Shown here: positions 18,211 to 27,183 of the stretch, piece after piece
Layout: every line of letters starts with the position of its first letter
Numbering within the stretch: position 1 is the first letter of the stretch
The notes under the pieces: generated by a model
Told to the model about the DNA's origin: nothing
Database searches by the model: none
Seen by the model: only the letters and a program-made list of their open reading frames with translations
Origin: Clostridia bacterium
GTDB taxonomy: Bacteria > Bacillota > Clostridia > TANB77 > CAG-508
Direction of reading: 5' to 3'
DNA: 64,000 nt
NCBI GenBank assembly: GCA_045537285.1
Contig: JAZSPC010000052.1
Location: forward strand, 1,873 to 65,872
Program-made: the position numbers and the translations under genes

Positions 18211-20413
18211 CTAAATACCCCAAACTCTCTATTTGTGTTCGATCCGCGTCTCCGTTATCGTCACTTTCTTTTACTTTCAAGTCTTCAACTTCAAAATACT
18301 TTTTACTAAATTCTGAAAAAGTGTGATATTTTGCTATATCAATACTTCCCCCCACACTTCTTACTCCTTCATTGTCTGTTGCAGTTACTAAACTTTTACA
18401 ATAATTATTTATTGTTGTTATTGCATTATTATATGACGCTATTGCTATGTCATCAGGGTCTGATGTTTTATATCCATCTTTGTTATAGTCAATATCACCT
18501 TCCTCTATTTCTCCATCTCCATTCAAATCATCTGGTATATTGTCGTTGTCTAAATCTAAATATTTTAATAGGTTTCCTTTTATTTCTTGGTCATCGTATC
18601 CTAATGTTAAACTTCCTATTGCACTTTTGCTTATTATTTCTACTAAGTCAATTCTATCTGTTAATATTATCCAATCTTCTGGCGTTCCGTCCATGTTACT
18701 ATCATATTTTACAGTTTGACCTTCTCTACTTTCTGCTTTTACTGTACAAGTTACGCTATAACTTCCACATGTTGCTGTTATTATTGCTTCACCCTTTGAT
18801 TTTATTACTATATTTACACTTGTTCCTGTTCCCTCAATGGTTGCTACATCTTCATTTGACGTTGTCCAAGTTATTTCTCCGTCTATATTTGTTAGTGAAG
18901 CTGTTAACTCCTCTGTTAATTCTTCTCCTTTTTTTATTGTTTTAGTTGTTTCTGTTTTATCTAGTGTAATTTTTCCTTCTAGCTGAGTTATTTTGCATGT
19001 TGCACTATATTCTCCACATGCTACTGTTATTGTTGCTTCTCCTTTTGATTTTATTACAACATTTACACTTGTTCCCGTTCCTTCCGCTACTGCTACACTT
19101 TCATTTGATGTAGTCCAGGTTATTTCTCCTTCCACATTAATTAATGATGCCGTTAATGTTTCTGTTCCTCCTATTTTTCCATTTGTTATCTCTGTTTTAT
19201 CTAGTTTTATACCATCTATTAAAGCTGTTATTTTCTCTTTTTGTCCACTTGGTGATGTTACTTCAAATACATATTCTCCTGCTTCTGTTGTTGCATAACT
19301 TGTTGTTACATAATTTCTAGCAAACCAATCTATATTTTGTGTGCTTCCATCTGGTTTTGTTACTACTACTGGATGTGTTCTTGTATATGCTTGTCCTGCT
19401 ACATATATTAATGCATGTTCTCTTGTAAAGAATTTTATTGATTCAACTCCTACATCTATATTATAATTTAATTGTGCTCGATATTCTTCTAATGTTGTTT
19501 TTCCTGTTATTTCAGTTAATATTGTATCAAATGTTTTCTCATTGTTATACCAGCCTTCTACTGTACTCTTTATCTCTTCTTCTGTTTTTCCTACTAGATC
19601 TGGTAATAACTTTTTAGAATATACTACTTTGGCACCATCGCCATGTACTACATACAAACTTCCAATCCATGCACTTTCTGTAAGAGATTGAATCATAACA
19701 AGCTTAACATATGAAGCTGCTGATGGATATCCATGTTTTTCTAGTACCTTTGCATCTCCTTGTTCTGTTATAAAGTCTTCATATGCCATATCATCAACGT
19801 TAGATTTTATTAATTCATCATATACAACGTCTGGTCCTACTCCTAATAAACTTCCACCTAATGTTAGTATTTGCTCGGCTGTCATACCTGGTAAATATTC
19901 ATATTCTAAATATTCATATCCAAACTTAGTACTATCATATTCTGGTAAACCTACTAAATCTATCCTTAAATTTATGTTATGTCCATTGTTTGTTTTAGAT
20001 ACTGTATAACTTACATCTATATCTTCTGCATCTGTGCTTCCTTCCTCTGCCTTCTCTACTGTAATATTCAAATTTTCATCTACTACTATCTTGTATTTTC
20101 CTTCTTCTGTTATTACTGCATTTCCTTCTATTGTACTTCCTTCAAAATGCTCATTTATTAATCTTAATAACTCTGCTTGGTTTAATGTTCTTCCATTCAT
20201 GAAATATTCTGTTTGTGCTTTCATTTTTACTAATTCTGCATCTTCTTTTAGTTGTGCCATTTTATGATTTTCAGTTGCAGTTATTGCATATGTTATTATT
20301 CCATCTCCTGTTATTTCTTGTATCGCCACAACTGCTAGTATTAATAGCAGTACTACTGTTATTATTAATGCTATTAATGTGATACCTTTTGGTGTTTTAC
20401 TTTTTCCTTTCAT
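18197..20413 (-). CDS. Large surface protein with a prepilin-like N-terminus and two Big_2 (Ig-like) domains; 3' end frameshifted
   Basis: 738 aa in frame. The N-terminus MKGKSKTPKG|ITLIALIITVVLLLILA resembles a class III (type IV pilin) signal but has Ala at +5. Tandem ITWTTSNE..V....GTGTSVN.VIKSKGEA.IT..CG modules. Asp-rich DxDxDG-like segment. Confidence 0.75.
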   Translation of the reverse strand: MKGKSKTPKGITLIALIITVVLLLILAVVAIQEITGDGIITYAITATENHKMAQLKEDAELVKMKAQTEYFMNGRTLNQAELLRLINEHFEGSTIEGNAVITEEGKYKIVVDENLNITVEKAEEGSTDAEDIDVSYTVSKTNNGHNINLRIDLVGLPEYDSTKFGYEYLEYEYLPGMTAEQILTLGGSLLGVGPDVVYDELIKSNVDDMAYEDFITEQGDAKVLEKHGYPSAASYVKLVMIQSLTESAWIGSLYVVHGDGAKVVYSKKLLPDLVGKTEEEIKSTVEGWYNNEKTFDTILTEITGKTTLEEYRAQLNYNIDVGVESIKFFTREHALIYVAGQAYTRTHPVVVTKPDGSTQNIDWFARNYVTTSYATTEAGEYVFEVTSPSGQKEKITALIDGIKLDKTEITNGKIGGTETLTASLINVEGEITWTTSNESVAVAEGTGTSVNVVIKSKGEATITVACGEYSATCKITQLEGKITLDKTETTKTIKKGEELTEELTASLTNIDGEITWTTSNEDVATIEGTGTSVNIVIKSKGEAIITATCGSYSVTCTVKAESREGQTVKYDSNMDGTPEDWIILTDRIDLVEIISKSAIGSLTLGYDDQEIKGNLLKYLDLDNDNIPDDLNGDGEIEEGDIDYNKDGYKTSDPDDIAIASYNNAITTINNYCKSLVTATDNEGVRSVGGSIDIAKYHTFSEFSKKYFEVEDLKVKESDDNGDADRTQIESLGYLDIRR
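18734..19210 (-). repeat. Two tandem Big_2-type Ig-like domain repeats
   Basis: Residues 402-480 and 481-560 are colinear (…LTASL.N..GEITWTTSNE.VA..EGTGTSVN.VIKSKGEA.IT..CG.YS.TC…). Confidence 0.8.
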
Positions 20414-20507
20414 TTTTATTCCTCCTTTGAAAAATTAAATTTATATTTTTTATTTAGATGTTGTTAGGGTTATTTAACATCTTTAACATTAAAAACTTTT
20501 TTAGACG

Positions 20508-20538
20508 CAAAAAAGACAGGTAAATATTTTTACCTATC
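20508..20538 (-). terminator. Intrinsic terminator between the leader ORF and the pilin-like gene
   Basis: Minus strand GATAGGTAAA-AATA-TTTACCTGTC (10-bp stem with one G-U pair) followed by TTTTTTG. Confidence 0.75.
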
Positions 20539-20591
20539 TTTTATTCGTATATTTAATAAAGCATATTTTATGCTTGCTTCTTTTTTATTTA

Positions 20592-20654
20592 TTAAATTAC
20601 CTTGTGTGTGTGTGTGTGTGTGTGTACTCTCTCAACGGTTTCAAGGTTTTGCAT
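20592..20654 (-). CDS. 20-codon leader ORF, MQNLETVERVHTHTHTHKVI
   Basis: AAAGGAG RBS 9 nt upstream of the ATG. The His-Thr run is encoded by the (CA)n tract. Not in the ORF track because it is below the length cut-off. Confidence 0.45.
   Translation of the reverse strand: MQNLETVERVHTHTHTHKVI
20603..20625 (-). repeat. Dinucleotide microsatellite: (TG)11T on the + strand, (AC)11A on the coding strand
   Basis: 23 nt of uninterrupted tgtgtg..., counted directly. Confidence 0.98.
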
Positions 20655-20697
20655 CTTTTATTTCTCCTTTGTTTCTTCTTTTATTTTTATATTTCAA

Positions 20698-20727
20698 ATT
20701 ATATATTTAATAAGTTCGTTTTGTCAA
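20698..20727 (-). promoter_or_regulatory. Near-consensus sigma-A promoter driving the leader ORF, and probably the pilin-like gene
   Basis: Minus strand reads TTGACA - 18 nt - TATAAT. Confidence 0.6.
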
Positions 20728-20763
20728 TATTTTTTATTAAATGTAATACAATTGTAATATTTA

Positions 20764-20946
20764 TTATCTACTAAAAAATATAATTAATGCTCCAATTATT
20801 GCTACTACAAACCCTAAAATTTTAAAACCTGCTGTCGCTTCGTTTTGGTCACCAAAACCAAAAAACTTTTGTGTTAAAAATCTTGCATCAAATATCATAA
20901 TTGTTCCTAACATCGCAATTATTAATCCTATTATTAATTTCCACAT
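20764..20946 (-). CDS. Small two-TM membrane protein, unknown function
   Basis: 60 aa from ATG 20946. The track start at 20955 is a GTG lying inside the AAGGTG RBS. Confidence 0.4.
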   Translation of the reverse strand: MWKLIIGLIIAMLGTIMIFDARFLTQKFFGFGDQNEATAGFKILGFVVAIIGALIIFFSR

Positions 20947-20958
20947 ATTGTTCACCTT

Positions 20959-23007
20959 CTATATTTCAATTCTGTTTTTTAATTTTTCTTCTACCAACTT
21001 CTTTAATCTTATGTTCTTTTCATCTTCTAACAATGGGTCTTCTTGCAAAATTTTTATAGATACACTTTGTACTAATTTTAACATTTTAATATCTTCAAAA
21101 AGATTTGCAATTTTAAACTCTGGAAGTCCATGTTGTTTTGTTCCAAAAAATTCTCCTGAACCTCTTAATTCTAAATCTTTTTCAGATATTATGAAGCCAT
21201 CATTAGTATCTTGCATAACTTGCATTCTTTTTCTTATTACTTCTGAATTTCCTTCATATTTTAGAATACAATATGATTGATACTCTCCTCTACCAACTCT
21301 TCCTCTTAATTGGTGAAGTTGAGCTAGCCCAAATCTTTCTGCATTTTCTATAACCATAATATTTGCATTTGGAATATTTACACCAACTTCGATTACAGTA
21401 GTAGAAATTAATATATCTATTTCTTTGTTTTTGAATTTTTCCATTATTTCATCTTTTTCTTTTGGTCTCATCTTACCATGTAAATATTCTACTTTATATT
21501 CTTTAAATATTTCTGTTTTATATTTTTCTGCAAGTTCTAATACAGATTTTGCATTTATTTCTTCGTTTTCTTCAACAAGTGGACATACAATATATGCTTG
21601 TCTTCCTTCATCTATTTGTTTTTTTATAAAGTTATTTACTCTTTCGTCCATAGATTTTCTTACAGCAAACGTGTCTATTTTCTTTCTGTTTGGTGGAAGT
21701 TCATCTATTATTGATATATCTAAATCGCCATATAGTATTAAGGCAAGTGTTCTTGGAATTGGTGTTGCTGTCATAACTAATACATCTGGATTTTTTCCTT
21801 TTGATGCGATTGTACTTCTTTGTCTTACACCAAATCTATGTTGCTCGTCTGTTACAACTAATCCTAAATTTTTAAACACTACATTTTCTTCTAATAGAGA
21901 ATGTGTTCCTATTAATATATCTATTTCTCCATTTTTTAATCTTTCTAATATATCTTCTTTTTTCTTTTTAGTAGTACTACCAAGTAATAGATCACATCTA
22001 ATACCATGTTTTGAAAGAACTGCTTCAAAACTTTCTAAATGTTGAGTTGCCAAAATTGAAGTTGGTGCCATTATAGCCATTTGATAACCAGACTTTACCG
22101 CTTTATATGCTGCAATTATTGCTACAATTGTTTTACCAGAACCAACATCCCCTTGAAGAAGTCTATTCATAGCTTTTTCAGATTCCATATCTTTATCTAT
22201 TTCTTCTAAAACTCTAAGTTGTGCTTTTGTAAGTTTAAATGGTAATTCATTTATTAATTCAGACATTTTTACATCTTTATTAAAACATATTCCTGTTTCA
22301 TCATTTTTGTATTTATTCTTTAAACTTAAAAGTAATAACTGCATTGTCAAAAGTTCTTCAAACACCAATCTATTTCTAGCTTTATTAAAATCCGAAAACT
22401 CGCTTGGAAAATGTATCTTATTTATTGCATCTTTTAAACTCAATAGTTTATACTCTTCTAGCAAATACTCTGGCATTGTTTCATCTAATTGGTCTCTTGT
22501 AAGTTCTAAACCATTTTCAATTATCTGCCTAATTGTATTTTGAGAAAGATTATATGTTACAGGATATAGTGGTATTATTTTTCCTGTATTTTTAGATTTT
22601 TCTTCTTCATCATATACAGGAGAAATCATCTCAGTCATCCCTATTTTTCTATTTATTTTCCCATAGAATTTATACTTTTTACCCATTTGAAACATATTTT
22701 TTAAATATGACTGATTATACCATACAAGTTCGCAAGAGTCTGTTTCGTCTCTTACTATTAACTTATATATAGTCATATTTTTTCTGTATGTTCTTATCTC
22801 ACGCATTTTAGAAGTAACTATTGCTTCTATTAAAACTTCTTCACCATCAACAGTATCAGCAATTTTTTTAGGTTTACTTCTATCTTCATAATCACGTGGG
22901 TAATATGTAATTAAATCCTCCAAATTATATATATTTAATTTATTTAAGAGTTTAACTCTGTTTGGTCCAACTCCTTTAACAAATTTAACATCATCAGATA
23001 AATTCAT
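20959..23007 (-). CDS. recG: ATP-dependent DNA helicase RecG
   Basis: 682 aa. Wedge/OB N-terminus, Walker [28 protein letters not shown]. Confidence 0.95.
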   Translation of the reverse strand: MNLSDDVKFVKGVGPNRVKLLNKLNIYNLEDLITYYPRDYEDRSKPKKIADTVDGEEVLIEAIVTSKMREIRTYRKNMTIYKLIVRDETDSCELVWYNQSYLKNMFQMGKKYKFYGKINRKIGMTEMISPVYDEEEKSKNTGKIIPLYPVTYNLSQNTIRQIIENGLELTRDQLDETMPEYLLEEYKLLSLKDAINKIHFPSEFSDFNKARNRLVFEELLTMQLLLLSLKNKYKNDETGICFNKDVKMSELINELPFKLTKAQLRVLEEIDKDMESEKAMNRLLQGDVGSGKTIVAIIAAYKAVKSGYQMAIMAPTSILATQHLESFEAVLSKHGIRCDLLLGSTTKKKKEDILERLKNGEIDILIGTHSLLEENVVFKNLGLVVTDEQHRFGVRQRSTIASKGKNPDVLVMTATPIPRTLALILYGDLDISIIDELPPNRKKIDTFAVRKSMDERVNNFIKKQIDEGRQAYIVCPLVEENEEINAKSVLELAEKYKTEIFKEYKVEYLHGKMRPKEKDEIMEKFKNKEIDILISTTVIEVGVNIPNANIMVIENAERFGLAQLHQLRGRVGRGEYQSYCILKYEGNSEVIRKRMQVMQDTNDGFIISEKDLELRGSGEFFGTKQHGLPEFKIANLFEDIKMLKLVQSVSIKILQEDPLLEDEKNIRLKKLVEEKLKNRIEI

Positions 23008-23119
23008 ATATTTCTCCTTAACATAATTTATTGTATCATACCAAGTATTTTTTTACAATATTTTATTCTTTATTGGACTTATTCTTTTATTTATGTTAAA
23101 ATATATTTAGAGTAAATTT

Positions 23120-23194
<75 letters not shown>

Positions 23195-23237
23195 TTTATG
23201 ATAAATCGGACTTTTTAGTTCGATTTTTTAACTTCAT

Positions 23238-23266
23238 TTGAAAATTTATGTTAATAATGATATAAT
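23238..23266 (+). promoter_or_regulatory. Promoter for the 113-aa ORF
   Basis: TTGAAA - 17 nt - TATAAT with an extended -10 (TGATATAAT). Confidence 0.55.
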
Positions 23267-23355
23267 ATTTTTGTTATCATTCGTAGCTATACGAACTACA
23301 ACAAGAATAGCAAGTTTATAGTTTCTCTCAAAACAATTGTTAGGAGGAAAAAACA

Positions 23356-23697
23356 ATGGCAAATGAATTTTTAGCAATATCAGATGGAACTTTTACTTTG
23401 TCAGAAACCGAAAATAAAAATCAATTTTATTTTTATCGGAATGATGGAGAAGTCTTATCTAATATAGGCAGAGAACCAATGGATTTGTATCACGCATATA
23501 TTATGCGAAAGATGATGAATGGTGAAATAACTGAGATAGTTATGAATAACATCTATTCAGAAACATCTGACGATGGCAAATGCATAAGATTAACCATCTC
23601 TGACGTTAGTAAAAAAACATCAAGTACCAATTCAACTGTCAACAGCGCAAAAAAGCCTAATTTTTTTAAGCGTTTGTTTCATAAAATTTGGGGCTAA
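23356..23697 (+). CDS. Hypothetical protein
   Basis: 113 aa. AGGAGG RBS. Ser/Thr-rich basic C-terminus. No motif recognised. Confidence 0.45.
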   Translation: MANEFLAISDGTFTLSETENKNQFYFYRNDGEVLSNIGREPMDLYHAYIMRKMMNGEITEIVMNNIYSETSDDGKCIRLTISDVSKKTSSTNSTVNSAKKPNFFKRLFHKIWG

Positions 23698-23698
23698 T

Positions 23699-23740
23699 AA
23701 ATAACAGGTAGATAAATTAAATTGTCTACCTGTTATTTAT
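23699..23740 (+). terminator. Terminator after the 113-aa ORF
   Basis: ataacaggtaga / tctacctgttat 12-bp stem. Confidence 0.7.
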
Positions 23741-23844
23741 ATATGTAGCTTTTCTTTATTCTTTCTATTTAAATAGCTTATATGATAATTTTCCCTTTGA
23801 CATTATTTTGTTTTATGATATACTTTAATAAAAGGAGTAAACAT

Positions 23845-24909
23845 ATGATGAAATTTATTTATAAAATATTAAAATTTATATTTACGGTATTTATAGCATT
23901 TCTTGCTTTTGCATATATGTTTTCATTAAAAAGCAATATGTCTTTTCAAAGTACTATTTCATATTTCAAATCAGTTAGTGGGGAACTTTTTGATATTAAT
24001 AACTCAAAAAACATATTAGAAGATGATAATAATATAATTGTAACATCTAGTAATAACAATTATTATTATAATCAACTAGATAATAATGGAAAAATTATAT
24101 ATTCTTCATTAGAAAAAAATATTGATAATTTGAAAACAGATAATTATATTTTAGATTTTTCAACCACATTTAATGATTTACTAAATACAACTACTGGTCA
24201 GTATAAACTAAACAAGGCTTTTCAAAGTGCATTAGATGCTTTCTTTTATGACCACCCTGAATTATTTTATTTAGATTTAAGTAATTTTACACTAAATACA
24301 AAATGTATTTCTATTGGAGCATTAAAAACATATACTGTTGAAATTACTCCAAAGAATAATTGCTATTTACATAGTAGTTTTCCTACTATACAAGAAGCTA
24401 CTGTTGCAATTAATCTTGTTGAAAATATTAAAAATATTATTGTTGATAATGTCTACGGATATAATATATATGATAAAATCAAATATGTTCATGATACATT
24501 GATAAAGTCTATTGAATATGATTCAGATTTTAAAAATTCTCATAATATATACGGCGCATTTGTAGATCAAAAAGTAGTATGCGAAGGATATGCAAAAGCT
24601 TTTAAATATTTAATGGATGAATTAGATATAGAATGTATATTGGTTAGTGGAACAGCTACTAATTCTTCTGGTAAAGAAGAATCACATATGTGGAACTATG
24701 TGAAACTAAATAATCAATGGTATGGTGTTGATGTTACATGGGATGACCCTATTATTAACGGTGGGGCTTATAAAAATAATTTAAGACATTATTATTTCTT
24801 AAAAGGTAAATCTACTTTTAATACATCGCATAGCTCAAATGGTAAAATATCTGAAACAGGAATGTTCTTTAATTTACCTATTTTATCAAATAGTAATTAT
24901 AAAAAATAA
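23845..24909 (+). CDS. Membrane-anchored transglutaminase-like (Cys protease fold) protein
   Basis: The start was moved to ATG 23845 (AAAGGAG RBS). N-terminal TM segment. Core VVCEGYAKAFKYLMD...SHMWNYVKLNNQWYGVDVTWDD provides the Cys/His/Asp triad. Confidence 0.75.
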   Translation: MMKFIYKILKFIFTVFIAFLAFAYMFSLKSNMSFQSTISYFKSVSGELFDINNSKNILEDDNNIIVTSSNNNYYYNQLDNNGKIIYSSLEKNIDNLKTDNYILDFSTTFNDLLNTTTGQYKLNKAFQSALDAFFYDHPELFYLDLSNFTLNTKCISIGALKTYTVEITPKNNCYLHSSFPTIQEATVAINLVENIKNIIVDNVYGYNIYDKIKYVHDTLIKSIEYDSDFKNSHNIYGAFVDQKVVCEGYAKAFKYLMDELDIECILVSGTATNSSGKEESHMWNYVKLNNQWYGVDVTWDDPIINGGAYKNNLRHYYFLKGKSTFNTSHSSNGKISETGMFFNLPILSNSNYKK

Positions 24910-24937
24910 AGACCAGCTATCTGGTCTTTATTTTTAT
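24904..24937. terminator. Bidirectional terminator between the transglutaminase-like gene and rplS
   Basis: aaagaccag-ctat-ctggtcttt stem with T-runs on both strands. Confidence 0.75.
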
Positions 24938-24938
24938 A

Positions 24939-25463
24939 TTATTCAGCTTTTGGTTCTTCTGCTACTGTTTCAACAACTTCTTCTTTTACTGTGTCAACAG
25001 TTTCTTCAACAACAACTTCTGTTGTTTCTACTGCTGGTGCTTCTTCTGGTGCACTAGCAACTTCTACAGGTTCTTCAACTAATTCTTCTTTTAATATTAT
25101 TTCAGCGTTTTCAATTCTTGCTCCTAATTTTTCTTTTGTCTTAGAAGCTTTTCCAACTCTATCTCTTAAATAGTAAAGTTTAGCTCTTCTTGCTTTACCA
25201 ACTCTTACTACTTCAACTTTTTCTACCATTGGAGAGTGAACTAAGAATGTTTTTTCAACACCTACACCGTAAGATATTTTTCTTACAGTAAATGTTTCGT
25301 TAGATCCTCCTCCTTGTTTTTTAATTATTATTCCTTCAAAAACCTGTATTCTTTCACGATTTCCTTCTTTAACTTTAACATGAACTTTTACTGTGTTTCC
25401 AACTGTTAATACTGGAACTTTGTTTTTTAATTGTTCATGTTCAATTGATTTTATTATGTCCAT
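24939..25463 (-). CDS. rplS: 50S ribosomal protein L19 with an acidic C-terminal extension of about 58 aa
   Basis: 174 aa. The core contains [28 protein letters not shown] and YLRDRVGKA. Tail [49 protein letters not shown]. Confidence 0.95.
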   Translation of the reverse strand: MDIIKSIEHEQLKNKVPVLTVGNTVKVHVKVKEGNRERIQVFEGIIIKKQGGGSNETFTVRKISYGVGVEKTFLVHSPMVEKVEVVRVGKARRAKLYYLRDRVGKASKTKEKLGARIENAEIILKEELVEEPVEVASAPEEAPAVETTEVVVEETVDTVKEEVVETVAEEPKAE

Positions 25464-25465
25464 CG

Positions 25466-26137
25466 TTATTCTCCTTTCTTTAATAAGTCTGGTCTATTTG
25501 ACCTTGTAATTTTGAGAGACTGTTCTTCTCTCCATTTTTTTATGTTTTCGTGGTGACCACTTAACAATATTTCTGGTACTTTTTTATCTAAAAATATTTC
25601 TGGTCTAGTATATTGTGGGTATTCTAATAACCCATTTGAAAAAGATTCCTCTTCAACAGATTCACTAGTAATTACTCCATCAACATATCTACTAACAGAA
25701 TCAATTAGCACCATTGCTGGAATTTCTCCACCTGTTAATACATAATCACCTATTGATATTTCTTCGTCTACAATTTCATCTAAGACACGTTGGTCTATTC
25801 CTTCATAGTGTCCACATAAAAGTATAATATGATTTTCTTTACTTAATTCTTTTACTTTCTCTTGATTTAATGTTTTTCCTTTTGGTGATAAGTATATAAC
25901 TTTTGCATTATTAGCTTTTATAGATTGGTAAGCATCATACACCACATCTGGCCTCATTACCATTCCGGCACCACCACCATAAGGTGTATCATCTACTTTC
26001 TTGTGCTTATCTTTTGAAAAATCTCTAATATTAATTAAATTAATTTTTATCAAATCTTTCTCTATTGCTTTTCCAATAATACTTTTATTTATCCCTTCAA
26101 ACATTTCAGGAAAAAGTGTTAATATATCAAATTTCAT
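25466..26137 (-). CDS. trmD: tRNA (guanine37-N1)-methyltransferase
   Basis: 223 aa. Motifs [35 protein letters not shown]. Confidence 0.96.
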   Translation of the reverse strand: MKFDILTLFPEMFEGINKSIIGKAIEKDLIKINLINIRDFSKDKHKKVDDTPYGGGAGMVMRPDVVYDAYQSIKANNAKVIYLSPKGKTLNQEKVKELSKENHIILLCGHYEGIDQRVLDEIVDEEISIGDYVLTGGEIPAMVLIDSVSRYVDGVITSESVEEESFSNGLLEYPQYTRPEIFLDKKVPEILLSGHHENIKKWREEQSLKITRSNRPDLLKKGE

Positions 26138-26138
26138 A

Positions 26139-26642
26139 TTAAATTAATCCTTCTAATAATTTAACAATTACTTTTTTACCTTCTATATCAACTTGTTTTA
26201 CAACATCTGGTATAACTGGTAATAAAATTTCTTCTTTCGCTTCATTTACTACTACATATACATCATTTGCACCAGGTTGAAGTACCTCTTTTAGTATTCC
26301 TAAAAGTTTTCCTTCTTCTGTGTAAACTTCTAATCCTATTAAGTCTACTATGAAATACGCTCCTTTTTCTAATTTAATATCACTTCTTTTTGCTTGAAGA
26401 TAATAATTTCTTAATTCTTCTGCTTGTTCAATAGTTTCTATTCCTTTGAATTTAAGTAATACTAAATTTTTAGAAATTTTAACTTCTTCTACTTGTAACT
26501 CTCTTAGATTGTTTTTTACTTGTATATACAATATTTTAAAGCTTTTAAATTGATTATTGTTATCTACTAATGGATTGACTTTTACAAAGCCTTTTATTCC
26601 ATATGTATTCACTATTTGACCAACTTCTAATAAACCTTCCAT
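26139..26642 (-). CDS. rimM: 16S rRNA processing protein RimM
   Basis: 167 aa. GIKGFVKV N-terminus and a PRC-barrel C-terminus. Conserved operon position. Confidence 0.88.
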   Translation of the reverse strand: MEGLLEVGQIVNTYGIKGFVKVNPLVDNNNQFKSFKILYIQVKNNLRELQVEEVKISKNLVLLKFKGIETIEQAEELRNYYLQAKRSDIKLEKGAYFIVDLIGLEVYTEEGKLLGILKEVLQPGANDVYVVVNEAKEEILLPVIPDVVKQVDIEGKKVIVKLLEGLI

Positions 26643-26655
26643 AATAGTTTATCTC

Positions 26656-26886
26656 CTAGTCTAAGAATTCAACTGATACTCTTTTGTTTTCTTTTGATGC
26701 AGCTGCTTTCATTATTGTTCTAATAGATTTTGCAATTACACCTTGTTTTCCTATTACTTTACCCATATCAGCATCTGCAACTTTAACTTCAAATATAATA
26801 GATTGTTCTCCATCTATTTGTTTAATACTTACAGAGTCTTTATCGCTAACTAATGTAGTAATAATAGTTTCTAAAATTTCTTTCAT
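26656..26886 (-). CDS. ylqC: KH-domain RNA-binding protein (UPF0109)
   Basis: 76 aa. GKVIGKQGVIAKSIRT (GxxG loop). Sits between rpsP and rimM. Confidence 0.85.
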   Translation of the reverse strand: MKEILETIITTLVSDKDSVSIKQIDGEQSIIFEVKVADADMGKVIGKQGVIAKSIRTIMKAAASKENKRVSVEFLD

Positions 26887-26906
26887 CTTTTATGTCCTCC
26901 CAATAA

Positions 26907-27137
26907 TTAAGCTTTCTCTATTAATGCTTTAACTGTATCTGTTGGTTTTGCACCATTTTTTATCCAAGTTTCAACTTTTGCTTTATCTAATACAATAGTT
27001 TCTGGATTTGTCATAGGATCATAAGTTCCTAATTGTTCAATTATTTTACCATCTCTTGGAGATTTTGAATCTGCAACTACTATGTGATAGAAAGGTGCTT
27101 TTTTCTTACCAAATCTTTGTAATCTTATTTTTACCAT
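26907..27137 (-). CDS. rpsP: 30S ribosomal protein S16
   Basis: Start at ATG 27137 ([24 protein letters not shown]) behind AAGGAGGTG. The track start is a GTG inside the RBS. Confidence 0.95.
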   Translation of the reverse strand: MVKIRLQRFGKKKAPFYHIVVADSKSPRDGKIIEQLGTYDPMTNPETIVLDKAKVETWIKNGAKPTDTVKALIEKA

Positions 27138-27183
27138 ACCTTTCACCTCCTTAAACTTAAATCTATATTAAAAATTTTAATAA

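Noticed and set aside
18331-20267. Leu-rich plus-strand ORFs (204, 101, 60 and 77 aa) inside the pilin-like gene.
   Set aside because: These are shadow ORFs opposite a coding gene. They have no RBS and an implausible composition.
24839-25173. Leu/Gln-rich and Ser/Thr-rich plus-strand ORFs (72 and 60 aa).
   Set aside because: They are mirror frames of the acidic GAA/GTT-rich tail of rplS.
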